Positions 1 through 14,572 of a stretch of 64,000 nucleotides of DNA are shown one piece after another. The stretch's first letter is position 1, and each line of letters opens with the position of its first letter. The notes beneath the pieces were generated by a model, which was not told where the DNA came from, did no database searches, and was given only the letters and a program-made list of their open reading frames with translations. A program made the translations under genes and the position numbers. The stretch comes from Lobosporangium transversale (taxonomy: Eukaryota): contig NW_019028998.1 in the NCBI RefSeq assembly GCF_002105155.1, forward strand, positions 620,001 through 684,000, read 5' to 3'.

Positions 1-741
1 GGCATTGTTGAACCCTGGTTCAGTAGGCTCTATCAAAGTGGTAACTAGACAAGCTGAGGAAAAGAACTGTAGCACAGAGTGTACAAATGAAAAGGCCTCT
101 TCAAGTCAGAGTCAGAGTAGGATTGTGACAGAGCCCGTAATCGATCCAAACTACCTAGCAGACCCCTTTGATGTCAGGGTTTTCGCAGAGAGTTTACGGT
201 TCCTTCGAAAGATTGGTCGACGACTCGGTCAGGACCCAGAAGTGGAGGCTGTGGAGGTGTACCCTGGAGAAGCGAAGGTACCGGATGATGACGAAGAAGC
301 CCTTCAAAAGTATGCTCGCGAGAATACCGAGACTGTCTATCACCCTGTATCTACGTGCAAGGTAAAGCGAAATGATACGTCATGGCGCATGACTATTAAA
401 AAAAAAAAAAAAAAATGCCTTTCCGATGTTTATGTTTATTTTCATCTTCCAAATGCTTACCCAAAAAATTCTTTCTCGCGGTAAAACCTCAAAACCTTAT
501 TACCAAAATTGTAAAAAACATCTAGATGGGCCCTCCGACAGACCCGATGGCGGTTGTTGACCCTGAATTGAAGGTGTATGGCATTAATCATCTGCGGGTG
601 ATCGATGCAAGTGTCTTCCCCAAGATTGTTGCAGGTCACACATGTCCGCCCACAGTGATGATTGCTGAGAAGGCATGCGATTTAATCAAAGTAGACTGGA
701 AATCTAGTGCACCACCTTCTTATGTATCTACAGATGTGTAG
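1..741 (+). CDS. GMC (glucose-methanol-choline) oxidoreductase, C-terminal exons; 5' end lies outside the window
   Basis: Motifs [60 protein letters not shown] intron ~362-525. Confidence 0.9.
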
Positions 742-1587
742 GCTATTGGTCATTCTGGTCCTTCTGATTCTACCATTCCCTTGGTTCAAGGGTTAGTTAG
801 AGTATAAGCTATTTTACTTTGAGGCCCTTTTTGCAACAATAGCATAGTTTAACATAGTATAATATTAATATAATATATATATATATATAATAATATAAGA
901 CAATATAGTCAAAGCCGGATATTGTAGTCTAGACCTAGTCTAGATTCAAGTCCAGAGAAAATATCATAATGTGGATATGGTACAAATATACAGATAAATA
1001 ATATAATTGCCTCTGATGAAATGAAATGCCTTGTTGCCTTTTTATACCCTGCAAAGAATTTTATTCGGATGAGATCTCATTGGTGTGCCTTACTCCCACA
1101 TTTTCCAAGATTCATAACAAATCATGGAAGATTATCTTGAACCGAGACAATTTGTGAAAAATCCGTCTCGTCCGATTTAGGAAATGCACTCCGAACAGGT
1201 CCATGACGATCTACACTTCTTTCCATTTGTCCGAAAAATAAGGATGGATCTACAAACATGGTCTCCGACCAGAAACCAGGGATTTTTTCGTAAAGAACAT
1301 TAACGAAAGCAAACAAAGAAACAAAACAGTCAAGAAAAAGTATTTAAATACCATTTCCTTTTCACTTCATCCTATACTTTATCTTACTACTTATCCATTT
1401 CATTCTCGCTTTCATCTTCAATCAAACATTGAAAATTTCCCTAACTTTCCTTTTTCATTTTAAAAACACATTCATTTTTCTTTTCTTTTCTTTTCTACTC
1501 CACACTTCACATTCCGACATTGAAAAAAAAACACACACACACACACACACTCTCTCTCTCTCTCTCTTCACATAAACAGATAAGACA

Positions 1588-2277
1588 ATGGAGCATATCG
1601 AGAGATCCCAATTGTACAACGATCCCGTGTACCGATTCCAATATGTAGCAAAGTTCATGGACTTTGGTCAAGAAGACATCGATGCGATCAAAGGAGCTGC
1701 GGAGCTGATCAAGCCTTTGGTCCCAGCTGTTGTGGATGCTGTCTACCGCAAGCTTCACCAGTTTGACATTACTTGGTCTGTGATGGCTAAACGACATGAG
1801 GGCTATGTGCCCAAGGACGCCAAGGTGATTGAGGACGTTGCAGAGTTGACCGAGAATGCAGAGCAGATCAAGTTCCGAAAGGATATGTTGTCACGGTATT
1901 TTGCAAAGTTGCTGGAGAATCCGTATGACGAGAAGATGATAAAGTACCTTGAATACGTTGCAAAGATTCATACGGATACACCGACCAAGAAGTCCAAGAT
2001 CAATGTGGATCTGATTCATATCAATGCGCTGTTGGGTTATGTGGAGACAGTCTTGATCGGAGGCGTCAAGTCCCTGAACCTGGACAGAGATACAGAATAC
2101 AAGGCCATCGCTGCATTCGGCAAGTTGCTCTGGATCCAGAATGATTTCTTTATCAAGTACTATTGCAGTGATGGAGAGGAGTACGCTGATAGCCCTTCCA
2201 GAAGGACCACTACAACAACCTCATCCTCAATGGTCGTTGCAAGACAGCCTGGCATTTTGACTCGTCTGTGGCAATTC

Positions 2278-2286
<9 letters not shown>
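1588..2286 (+). CDS. Protoglobin / globin-sensor domain protein, single exon
   Basis: 232-aa ORF with RFQYVAKFMDF, VVDAVYRKL, YLEYVAKIH and HINALLGYV, typical of fungal protoglobin-domain proteins. Confidence 0.8.
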
Positions 2287-2313
<27 letters not shown>

Positions 2314-2518
2314 CGATATATACTAGAGAAGGACGAAGAAATAATTGGATCTGAGCTTTTCCTTTCTTTCCATCAGATCATTAATTAAGCTTTTCAAGAC
2401 AAAAAAAAAAAAAAAAAAAAATATTACTTAATCCTTGCATTGTACATTTCAATAAATAAATATCAAATACATGTACTTGTTATTAATTAGATTACGTTGA
2501 CTTTAATTTTTAAAGGGA

Positions 2519-3817
2519 TTATTGTGGATCAACGTCCATACTGACAAGCTTCAGATGTGAAGCAGTGGTGTGCCCGTGGCCACTCTCTTGCCGTAACCGC
2601 TTATTGCTGTGTAAGTTCTGCTCAAGCTCTTCTATCGCATTTTGTTGTTCCCTCCGCATTCTCCGCCTCTCCTTTCTCCATTCTGTTTTGAGGGCTACAG
2701 CACTGTTATTAGCACTGCTGGATGCTACTGTGCCTACCCCAATGCTGGATGCACCTGCTCCGATGACCCCTATTGCTGTTCCACTGCCGTCCAGCTGTGT
2801 ATTGCCCCTGACAGGACCAACGCTATTCACACCATGAACGTATCCAGCCAATGATGACAATGGTTCTGCACGTTGATGATGATGCCCACTACTTTGTAGA
2901 CCTTGTAATTCTGCCTGATGTCGTTGACTACTCTGTCGGTTTGAAGCATTGAGTTGTTGCTGTCGTTTCGTGAATTCATAGTTCACAACGGGTAGAGCCT
3001 CCAATTTGGTTAAAACACGTCGATTCACAGCCTCTTCTGTTGTAGTATCGACTTGTTCCTCTTTGACCATCAATAGATCCGCTGCTGCAGCAGATGCATC
3101 TTTATGTGCAGCTGCAGTCATCCCCACCTTGTTTTCAGCTGCCATTAATCGTTTCAAATTCGATTCTACGAGTCGCGATTGCTCTGCGTTCAACTCTCGG
3201 ATTTTTTGAGGATCTGTAGGACGTTTTACAAATACCTGAAGAGTAAGAAAATAAATATAGGGGTATTAGGATGAATAAGGTGTAAAGGCGACAATTTGGC
3301 CAGTCCTACTACTCTAATGATTGATATGTATACTTGCTTTGGCAGCAAAGGATGCTAGCGAGACTTACAGGCGTTTGTTTATATGAGTGCTTGCTTGGAA
3401 AAGGTGGCAAATGGTCTGGTACAATTGTTCGAGGAGTGACCTTGATTTTAGGTATTGGTATTGTTGGTGTTATTGTCGCTACTGATGCTGTTGGTACTGC
3501 TGTTGACGTCGGTGTTGATGTTGTGGTCGTACTTGCAGTTGTGGCCACAGGTATATTTGCCGTTGACGTTGGTGTAGAAGTTGATGTGGTTGTTGGTCCT
3601 GCTGCTGTGGTCAATGGTTGTTGTTGCTGTTGTTGTTGTGGCTCCTCATCTTCGCTATCCGAGTTATCTTCAATATCAGAATCCAAAAGTACTGTCTTTT
3701 GCTCTTTCTTTTTTTGAACTTTTGGTATTGTCTCCTTGAGCGGCCCTCGAAGAAGCGGTATTTCTTTGTTATCAAATATTCAATGATCGGAAATGTTAGC
3801 ATTCATCCTTCGCGAGG

Positions 3818-3848
<31 letters not shown>

Positions 3849-4510
3849 AAAAGTTGTGATTGGTAACGTAGAGTGCAGAAATAAACATCAACAAGCATTA
3901 CTTGATTGTGAGGCTTTCTTGACATAAGACTCAAGACTGGCTGGATGCAGGTTCATATCTGTGAATGCCTGTTGGAGATCGTGGATATTTGGCCGTGTCC
4001 GCCCCGCAAGTTCTGCGAATGAATGTGCGATCATGTACATTTGCTGGGTATCTGATGTGTGTCGGTGATTGTAAAAAAATAAAATAAAATAAAATAAAAT
4101 AAAATAAAAAAAAAAAAAACCGTATGCCACTGAAAGGGTTAGTTTTCTCCAAAGGTTACTGAGTGAGGACAATGTTCCCAATATGTCCTTGATCCCCTGT
4201 TTGCTTATGGCTGATTATCTCGCTACTTACAACTCTCAAAGGCACGAGTAAGTGATTCAAGAGCGGATGCAGTAATGCCCTCAAAACCCGCGTCAATTGC
4301 CAGCACTGAAACGAGCTTTTTGCATGTGGCCTCTGCTGTGAGGTCATCCATGACATGCCCTGGAGGCGAAGGTTGGCTGCTCCATGTAGATATCTGTTGT
4401 TTTGATTGATGTGACAATGAGCCTTGCCGTCGTGCTTTATTATTTCCTCCAGCTGCAGTCGTGCCAGTAATGCCCGTGTTGTTATAGGGTGTGTTAATAT
4501 TGTCTGACAT
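2519..4510 (-). CDS. TAF8: TFIID subunit 8 (histone-fold Bromo_TP domain plus TAF8 C-terminal motif), multi-exon
   Basis: AGFEGITASALESLT, FAELAGRTRPNIHDLQQAF and PDHLPPFPSKHSYKQTP. ATG at 4510. Confidence 0.85.
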
Positions 4511-4762
4511 GGTTGCTTTAATCTCCCTATTCTGTCTGACTTTATTGATGCAGCAACAGCGAAACAGCGAAGGGACATGAGATTGCATGTTCAAAAAGTA
4601 AAATAAAAAGGCCATAGTCGTGGCTTGAATAATCTCTCACGCAGTCACAACAACCTCTTCTACAAAAAGACATTGTGCATTTCCCACAAGTGCCTTCTCT
4701 CTTCTCATTCCATTTATTGTTTCGCTTTCATTCGTTTCTTTTTCTCTTCTACTCTTTTAACC

Positions 4763-4925
4763 ATGGCAGCGTGTCATCATATTACCTCTACTCGCCTCTC
4801 TGTGCCTTCGCACTCTGCTCAAATTTACAAAGACGAGTGCACTTTCTGCTATGATAGTCCTGTATGTCATCAATATCGTTTGCGAGTGCGCTCCAGGTTT
4901 ACAGACATGACGCGCAGCTCAATAT

Positions 4926-4956
<31 letters not shown>

Positions 4957-5253
4957 GCACCTCCCTTTTGCCATTTTCCTACTCTTTTCAAATTAACCGA
5001 TATATTTTTGTTTTTCTATAGGACAATGAGGGTGGATTGGATGTCTGCCTCTCCTGCTTCAACGGCGGCTGCACAGATCCAGAGCGTCATCATGCTATCC
5101 GGCACTTTAGCAAGACTGGTCATCCACTGGCATTAAACATCAAGCGCGTCAGGCGTGCTAAGAGTGGTCGAGTAAGTATAAGACCAAGCTTTTGGCCGAT
5201 AGCTGCTATTTGGTCAATCTAGCTAGTCTTGTAAATCAATCTACTATCAGCTG

Positions 5254-5292
<39 letters not shown>

Positions 5293-7197
5293 GAAACTTT
5301 CTTGCAGGATGGACAGGAACCTCCTCAAAAAATAACCAAAATTGCAATCGTCCCTGAGAATGACGCAGATCTTTACGAATACTTTACACATGTCAAATGT
5401 TACGAGTGTGGTGGTGTTGAGGTTGACAAGACTGCAGGCGAAGTAAGCATTGGGAGAAGCTAATCCATAGATGTTTGTTTAATGATTCTGCCGCTAGATG
5501 GAGGGGAGTCGAGAGAAAAATTTTGTTGCCCTTTATTTAAGGAAAAGACATCGTGTTGTATTGTAATGTTATAGATCCCAAAAGTGGTTGATGCGATCAT
5601 GACATCCTTATCAGCTTCTCGACAATCAGAGATTAAAGCATGGGAAGAAGAAATTGTCTCATGCGACCACATTCGAAACCTACAGCAGGGCGATCCAAAG
5701 GTTGTAGCGGCTGGTACGTAACATAAAGCGGGATGACGCACGCCTAATAAAGGGGCGAAGCTTAGTAGGGCTGAGGAAGCTAATTTTTTGATATAACTTT
5801 TAGAGAATGCACACTGCGCCAACTGTGATCTGAAGGAAAATCTCTGGCTGTGTCTTGTGTGCGGCAACCTTGGATGCGGGCGTCAACAGTATGGAGGCAC
5901 TGGAGGCAATGGTCATGGATTGGCCCATTTTGATGCAACAGGTCACGGCGTTTCCTGCAAACTTGGAACCATTACACCTGAGGGAACAGCAGGTAAACTG
6001 CTTTGATGCGTATGGAACTACTATATGTTTATTGTTTCCTATTTGTGTGATAGCTAACTCTGTCCGTTGGACAACGTTCTCTAGATATTTACTGCTACCA
6101 CTGCAATGAGGAACGCTCTGATGACCAGTTAGGAGTACATTTGGCGCGGTTTGGCATTAACGTGGAGTCACAACAAAAGACAATCAAGTCCTTAACCGAG
6201 TTGGTACGTTGACCATCCTGAACTACGTGCTTAATAGCGCTGATCATTAAAGTAGATTGATCGATTAACATAATGCTTCCTTTAGTCGCTAGAGCAGAAT
6301 CAAAACTTTAACTTCAACATGTTTACTGAAGACGGTAAAGCATATGAGCCATTGTTCGGGCCTAGCTACACTGGATTCAGGAACTTGGGTAACAGGTAAT
6401 CATCAAGTATCCTAACATGCCGCAGTAATACAACTCTCTTTCGCAAATTATACCCACTCTTACAACTCTAACACATGTCAAAAAAAAAAAATGAAAATGA
6501 AAATGAAAATGAAAATGAAAATCAAATCTAGTTGTTATATGGCATCAGTCTTGCAGTCAGTGTTCGATCTCCCGGCGTTTGCTTCGAGATATTTCCCGGC
6601 TGATCTCGATCACCTGCAAAGGTGCAATCAAGAGCCAGGCAAGTGCTTACAATGCCAGTTGACCAAGGTGGCGGATGGTCTTTTGAGTGGACGATATTCA
6701 ACTCCTACGTCCGCTGAGAGCGGTGAGGTACAGGGCCAAGATGGCATTGCGCCTGCCATGTTTAAGTCATTAATCGGCCGCGGTCACCCAGAGTTTTCGA
6801 CCATGAGGCAACAAGACTCGTTTGAATTTTTCCAACACCTGATCAAGATTATTTCGCAAACTGAACGCATTGCTGGTCAGGATCCTACAAAAACTTTTGA
6901 ATTCTCAAATGAACAGCGATTGCAATGCAATGAATGCAAGAAGGTGCGATACACTTATGACAATACGACGGCCCTATCAATTGCAGTTCCTGCCACCAAG
7001 AAGGCGAAAACCAATCCCGAAGATGATGATGAATACGAGAGTGTGACTCTAGAACAGTGTCTTGATGCCTATGTTGCAGTAGAAGAGCTTCCATATACCT
7101 GTCCCAACTGCCAGAAAAACACCACTGCCACCAAGTATGAAAAACAAGAGAGATGGTCTTTGTCTTTGCCTTTACTGTTTTTATATCATTACTAATT

Positions 7198-7248
<51 letters not shown>

Positions 7249-8113
7249 CAATAATAATAATAGGACGAATAAGTTTGCTACTTTCCCTGAGGTGCTTGTT
7301 ATCAACATGAGACGCTTTGCTTATCAGAACTGGGTTCCCAGAAAGCTTGGTATGTTCTCGCAGACCACTTAGACACCATTAATATAGACAGGAATCCTTA
7401 CTAAACCATTGTTTACTTTCATAGCTGTCCCGATCGTCTTCCCTGACGATCAAATTGACTTTGAAAAATATCGCGGGCATGGTCAACAACCAAACGAGGA
7501 ATCGCTTCCAGAGGATGCGCCGGCGGTGGCGGCATCGCCTACGTATAATGAAACAGCTCTAGAACAGCTCCAAATGATGGGCTTCCCATTGATCCGCAGT
7601 CAGAAAGCATTGTTGGCAACTAATAATCAGAATGCTGAAGTTGCGATGGAATGGCTTATCCAGCACATGGACGATCCCGACATTGATCAGCCCATCAAGA
7701 ACTCCAACGATAGTGCCTCTGCCGCTAATCCTGAACAGATTGCTCAATTGGCAGACATGGGATTCACTGATAAGCAAGCCAAGAAGGCTCTTAAGGAGAC
7801 TGGTGGCAACATGGAGCGCGCAGTAGAATGGCTTTTCAGCCACATGGATACCCCAATCGATAATGATGAGAATGACAATCCTAAGTCAGCTGCCGCTGGG
7901 CAGAAGCCACTTGCAGGTGATGTCAACAAGAAGGGCCACTACAAGTTGGCCTCATTTATTTCGCACAAGGGACCTTCAGTACATTGCGGACATTATGTCA
8001 GCCACATCAAGCGAGGCAATAAATGGGTCCTCTTTAACGACAATAAGGTTGTTGATGATCCCAAAGCTCCCATTGGTGACGCCTACATGTATATCTTTAG
8101 GCGCCAGGACTAG
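4763..8113 (+). CDS. UBP14: Ubiquitin C-terminal hydrolase 14 / isopeptidase T (USP5/13 family), multi-exon
   Basis: YKDECTFCYDSP, ZnF-UBP (NLWLCLVCG..GCGR..GGNGH), Cys box NLGN|SCYM, QQDSFEF, two UBA domains and His box HKGPSVHCGHYV. Confidence 0.95.
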
Positions 8114-8500
8114 ATTAAAAAGAAAAAAAGAGAAAGAATTCACTCTTTTTTTATAAATAAAACGACGCGCCGCTTTCATGGACGCCTTTCTATTTAATTC
8201 GTCTTTTTTTTTTTTTTTTTGCAATTATCTCGTAAAGACTACCTTGGCTTTAGGTGGGGCGTTAAGGCAAGTGGAACATGCAAAAATTAGTACGGTTCAT
8301 GGCCCATGTCCAGAGTGAACAGGACAGAGGACAGAATATTACTCAGGGGAGTGAAGAGTGGATGTTGGATATCTTTAGGATGGACATGTCGCTTCATTCT
8401 TCCCTGGCTATGATGATAGGCCAACTAAACATCACCAGTTCTAGTCCCAAGATTACTTCCATCTCAAAAAAAAAAAAAAAAAAAAAAAAAAAATTCTAGC

Positions 8501-9089
8501 TCAATTTTCTTCATTGTCTTCATCATCGGCCAACTCGTAGTGGATCCTAACGATGAGAGAACAGGTCGAACAGACTACGGTGTCAACACCCAACTCTAAT
8601 TCACCTTCTGAGATGATATATTCACCGCTGCACCGACAAGGTGAGGAATAGGTACTGGAATCTTTTTTTTTTTTTTTTTTTTTTTTTTTGAAACACAACA
8701 GATGTCAAAAAAATAGTTAGATTCAACGAATGATAGACCACTAATCCTTCTCTAATGTATATATTGTTACTGGCATACCTTCGTCGTACTCCATATCGTC
8801 TAAATCAATGTCATCGTTAACTTGTCCATTGGCTCGAAGTTTCATGGCCTTTAACGACGAATCGTAAAAGGATCGTTGTGTTGGCTGACGAAGACACTCC
8901 CATGCTTCTTTGATATCTTGAAGAGGGATTGATGTCACTGATACCGGTAATGTTTGAGATTGTTGCTGTTGCTGCTGTTGTTGTTTATCGGGATGATGCT
9001 AAATCAGCAGGATTTATGAATGAAAATAATAATAATAGTGATAGAAAAAGTTAAGCTTAAAGTCATTCCAAAGTTATTGTTGCAAATGA

Positions 9090-9124
<35 letters not shown>

Positions 9125-9233
9125 AATGTAATGGAATACACACGATTAGGAGCAGTTTCTGGTACTGCTGCTTGATCTCTGCAACAGTAGCATCCTGTGC
9201 GACGTTGAGGATGGCGTAGTAGTCCTTGAGCAT
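8501..9233 (-). CDS. DPH4: Diphthamide biosynthesis protein 4 (J-domain + CSL zinc finger), three exons
   Basis: MLKDYYAILNV..., HHPDK, IDLDDMEYDE, YSSPCRCSGEY and CSTCSLIVRI. Confidence 0.88.
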
Positions 9234-9535
9234 GAAAAACAAAAAGGAAGACTTTGAGTGTAAAAATAATGTAATGCGGGCGCAGCAAATAATGGATTTT
9301 TTTTATCTGTACGAAACTTCAAAGCCACAGAAAAAAGTATAAAAGGGAGTTGTTTTTTCATTGAATGATGGACTTTGTTTTTTTTTTTTTTCTTTGCTTT
9401 TCTTCATTGTCTAAAGCTGCATGCGTGAACGTTTCTTATAACTGCCATATATTGCCATATACGAATATATAATCCTCTTGTCTAAAGAAGAAACGCAAAC
9501 GAATAACAATACTGCGACATTGTGTTATTGGCATC

Positions 9536-9594
<59 letters not shown>

Positions 9595-9639
9595 CCCTCA
9601 ACTTTCTATTTTTTTTTAAAGTGATTATAAGTTACAAAC

Positions 9640-11929
9640 ATGTCAAACTCGCCTGAAGACCAGCAGGTTCTGGACCAATTAGTCTACAGAGTCTGTCGTG
9701 CCTTTTACGAACCGAAATATATCGTGGTGATGGATGTGATCAATAAAATGAAGCAGTAAGGGAACCCGAAAAGATCTTTATACATATATATTAGTGGAAA
9801 GGCGGGGGGGGGGAAGATCGTGTGAAAAGCAATTTTGTTTCTTGTCTTTAACAGAAATTTATAGGAGAGACAGATGTAGTAACTTTAAACTCAACGGCTT
9901 CTATCTATTTTTTCCCTTTATTCTCGAACTTATAAATATAAATATATACTATATCGAATGGACTCGTCTCCACACTCAATCAAATGAATATTCCAGGGTC
10001 AAGGATGAAGAATTGGCCGCTACCTTGAAGCTAAACAAGCGTGAGGTTCATAAAATCTGTGGCAAACTCAAGGAAGACCGTTTAATTAAAGAGTAAGCGA
10101 CCCTTGAAACACTTTTTATTTCTTATTTTATTTTACTTATTTATTTTATTTAATTTTATTTAATTTTTTCTATATTCATATATATACGTGTCAGATATCA
10201 CGGAACATCTTAAAAAAGCTATTAATAATTACATCCGCAATTTTTTTTTTTTTTTCCGAAAAGCTTGATGAAAATGGAGGCACGGAAACCTGATCAGCGT
10301 CCCATTCCAAATACCTACTATTATCTTGATTATAAATTGTTTGTCGATGTAGTCAAGTACAAGATTCACAGGATGGGTAAGGAGCTTGATGCTACTTTGT
10401 CCAAGGTAAATAAAAAAGAAAAGAAAAGAAAAAGAAAAACTTCGATAGGCTATAGCATTATCATTTGTTATACATCAGTCTCTAAAGCGAAATATGCTCT
10501 AATAAAAACCAACATAGGCCGAGGTAGAAAATGCAGGACTCAAGTGCCCTGCATGTTTAAATGCCTTCGCTGTAGTAGACGTTATGCACCTCCTTGATGA
10601 ATCAAGTCAAAAGTTCATGTGCCCTAACGACGGATTCATTCTGGATGAAGAAACTGTTGAGGATGATCAGGAAGGACAGGAGGCAAAGACAAAGTATGAA
10701 TTATAACACTACAATCAAGCTGTCGCTGTTACCCTTACTGTCGCCTTTTTGTTGTTGTTATTACATATACGGTCGCTTCAAATTCTGACAAGGACTGGGC
10801 CTTATTTTCATGTTTATTTCCCTAAGACTGCGCGAGAACACGAAGCCAATCGTCGATCTTCTCAAGTTGACAGATAATATTGTGATTGAGCAATACACAG
10901 AGAGCATGGCATCCAAGAAGGCTGCTGCACGGACTCATGACGGTAATTTTAATAGAGTCGATCTCGCGCGATCACCATACGTTCAGGAGACGATGCTAAA
11001 AGACCCTCATATTTACTTATTATTGCTTTCATATCAAATTAGACGATGATCTGGCGTTCGCAGAGGATGGCGGTCAACAGCAAGGAGAGATCCAAGTGGT
11101 ATTCCAGGATGATAATGACAAGGCTGCTAAGAAGGCACGTGAAAATGAGGCAAACAAGAAAAGACAACAGAATGCAGTGCCTTTATGGCATGCTTGGTCG
11201 ACTGTTTCTGGAGAAATGACAACTTTGGGAGCAGCTGCAGCAAAACTTCAAGAATTGCCAGCCGATGGTGCAGATGCAGATGAGAACGAAGATGTAGAAG
11301 ATGACACAGAACGTGACGATTGTAAGTTCATATAAGATTCATGCTAACTTCTTTTTAATATCTTTTCTCTTCTTTCATAAACACTCACTCACTTTTTTTT
11401 TTTTTTTTTTTTTTTCTTCCGTAGACTACAAACAGTACTACGAGAACCTTGCTGTTTCACAGGAACATGCTGATGAAGAATCATTTGAGACGCTGGATAC
11501 TACTAATGATAATGGCAAGAGGCCACTGGAAGATGGCCAATACAGTTCTGGGTAAGCCATCTTATACTTTCTTTAGCAATCCCATCTGTTACTCAATTTT
11601 GCTTCATTATGAAGTAGCGTTGCGATTTAAAATACGTAAGCTAAATAGTTTTTTTCTTTTTCCTATCTTTTCCCTATCTTTTTCTACTTTATTTTTTATT
11701 TTATTTTTTTTTTAGAAAACGATATAAAACTGATGACGAGCCACCTGAAGTAGAGGACGGTGGCGAAGAGGAATTGTATGAAGGGGGCGATGATGAGGAA
11801 CCGTTGCCTGATGTGTATGTTGCAGGTGTCCTTGTTCCACTGCTGGAAGTTACTGAAGAACATCAGAGTCAAATGACGCCGGACGAATACCAAAGGTACT
11901 ATGATATTTGTCAAAGGTTCCAGGGGTAA
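9640..11929 (+). CDS. TFA1: Transcription factor IIE alpha subunit, multi-exon
   Basis: LVYRVCRAFY, LKEDRLIK, TYYYLDYKLFVDVVKYKIHRM, CPAC zinc ribbon, KKRQQNAVPLWHAWSTV and acidic C-terminus with MTPDEYQRY. Confidence 0.9.
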
Positions 11930-12605
11930 TTGGTCTCCCCCCCTCCCTCTTCGCTTGCTACTTTGAGTGCTACTCTAGGCCAGTTCAGATGGGGGACTAT
12001 GGTTTCTGCATCATCGATAATAATAAAGAGCATCAACCCCATAAGAATTAATTATTCGAATGAAATATATAATTATTCGATTATTAGAGTAAGTGAAGTT
12101 TTAGGAAATAGCTGATCGAATTTCCATAATATGGAGAAATGAAATAACCATCTCACTCATCTTGAGAGGCCATGGGCAAGTTTGCCTAGCTGATAGTAAA
12201 TCAACGCCAAAGGCAATCAACGTTTGCACAACTGAGGGTGCATTTAGATAATTGCTACTGCGCTCAAGTAGTCCTACTTGTCAATAGTCATCAGAGGGCA
12301 AGGGAAGCGAGGCTATTGTGGGGTACCCACTTCTAACTCGAGTCTCATGTACGTACATGTGCGACAACCCTTAGCTCCTTTTACTACAAACAGGGCATAG
12401 GCTTTACGCCATCATTTCTCATGACAACTGACGTTCGCTTCAATGCGTGGTGTTTCAATTGTCTGATCGTAAAATTTTTAATGTGAGAAGATGTGGCTTT
12501 CTTTATTGACTTTTTTTTTGTCCACACTGGACCCTAAAAGAGCATCGAAAGATACTTTTAACTGTACAAAAATCGGCTATCCTTGGATCTCTTAGTTCCT
12601 TTGTT

Positions 12606-12855
12606 TTAGTTGTGGCCACGACGGAGGATCTCAACCCAGTAGCCATCAGGGTCAGCAATGAAGGCGATATTCTTCATCTTGCCATCTGTAAGACGCTTGA
12701 CCCACTTGACTTTGTCACCAAAGCTCTCGAAGCGCTTGCAAGCCTCTTCGATGTCATCGACAACGATGGCGGTGTGTCCGAAGCCACGACCAGGATCCTG
12801 ATTTCCATTAGCATAGCTGAAATTTGCATCGTCCTCCGTACCCCAGTTACTACCA

Positions 12856-12897
<42 letters not shown>

Positions 12898-13600
12898 TAG
12901 AATGAAGAAGGTTAGAAAGGGTGTTTGATGTCAGCATTATAACGATTCAAGGCATATCTGAGAACCCATTCTTCACGGTTTTTACGCACTGTGTCAGCTC
13001 AAGAACGCCAGCACGGTTGGTAACATAGGAGCGACGCTGTTCTTCGGTCTTGCCCTGCAAGCTCGCAAACTCATCATCATTCACGTAAGCTAAGAAGTAG
13101 AGCTAGGTTGAGCGTGTAATGACAGCAATAATAATAATAAAAGCATTAGAATTATATTTAGTGAAAGGAAGAAAAAAAAGCTCTTCAAGTTTTTGAGAAA
13201 TGAACACTTTCTTACAGTGAACTTGCCGCCCTCGTTATCCATCTTGGAAACAAGTCTATTAGTATAAATTTCAGGTAAGTAAAAGAAATTTGCAGTATTC
13301 TATCGTGCATCACTTTTTTTTTTTTTTTTTTTTTTTCTCACGATTTAAAAGTAACAAAAAAAGAGGTAAACCGAACCACAAATGTTTTACATACTTCATA
13401 CCAAGAATCTCCTGGTAAAAGTGAAGCGAGGCTCCTGGATCCTTCACACGGATCATAGTGTGATTCTATTTTATATTGAATTAGGAAAAATAAAATGTGA
13501 TTACATGTTCTGAAAGAAAAAGAAAAAAAGCTTCTTAGTACAGAAGACACTCTATACTTACGAATTCATAGGTCTTGATGTCAGTGTTGAATTGGCTCAT
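12606..13600 (-). CDS. GLO1: Lactoylglutathione lyase (glyoxalase I), multi-exon
   Basis: Spliced reading gives [46 protein letters not shown] and [15 protein letters not shown]. Confidence 0.92.
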
Positions 13601-14072
13601 GGTAATGAACGTTGGAAATGGAGAATGTTTGTTGTAAAAAAAAAAAAGAAAGAAAGAAAGAGACAATAATTGCTGGGCTCTTCGTCGTTTTTATCATAAC
13701 TCTGGCGTCATGACAATAATATCATGTCATGTAATCAGGTTCATTGGCTATGGTTTTCTTGTGTATAATTGAGTTGACATGGTGGCTGATGAATATGAAA
13801 CTGGGTTCCATTTACGCACTCACCATCATTCAATATTTGTATTTATATTTAAAAATATATCATGAAATACTCTCTTGATCTGAAGTAGTGAAGGTCCTGG
13901 ACAGCCGATTCAAAAGACAAAAAAAACCTCAGCAGCCATAAAGCCATTTCGTTCCAATCGCTCAGGGGTTGACTTTTCTTGACGTATATTTTTAAATTAA
14001 ATATTGTAATTATAGGATTATAGGAATATGCAAAAATAAAATATGTATTTCCATGAAAGCCGCCACGGACGC

Positions 14073-14107
<35 letters not shown>

Positions 14108-14572
14108 ATATACTTCCGCGTTCGCATTCAATTTATCTGATGCATTGGAAAGATTAATCTGAAGGCGGTTTATCATTATAAACTGTCATTGCCGTTGTCC
14201 CCAATACTCCAGTTAACATATAATTGCCAATTATTCATTTGCGCCTTCAAGTCAAGAGACATCATGTCTCGTCTTGCACCAAACTTGATCGCATGCATTA
14301 TTTTTAGAAAGGATGGTAGTGCAATTACAAGAAACCATCAATCTTATTGCACGATCATTCGTGCCATAATGTTGGATGTGCGGAGATTGACTAGGACAAA
14401 GCTTCAAAGTTATGCTGTCACGATCTCTCATAAAGGTGGACACCCAAGATCTATTCTTTCATGGATGGCACTGTCCAGAGAACCTGTCGACCCTCTTTTG
14501 GACAGAGAGCAATGTACGATGAGCACAAGCGACAGCATGCGATCGAATATCATAATTTAGTAGCCCCGGGTG

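Noticed and set aside
2285..2311. Poly(A) after the globin stop as proof of a retrogene
   Set aside because: Long A/T runs are common throughout this window and no TSD is visible.
14189..14560. 123-aa ORF
   Set aside because: TTG start and no recognisable domain; not supportable as a gene.
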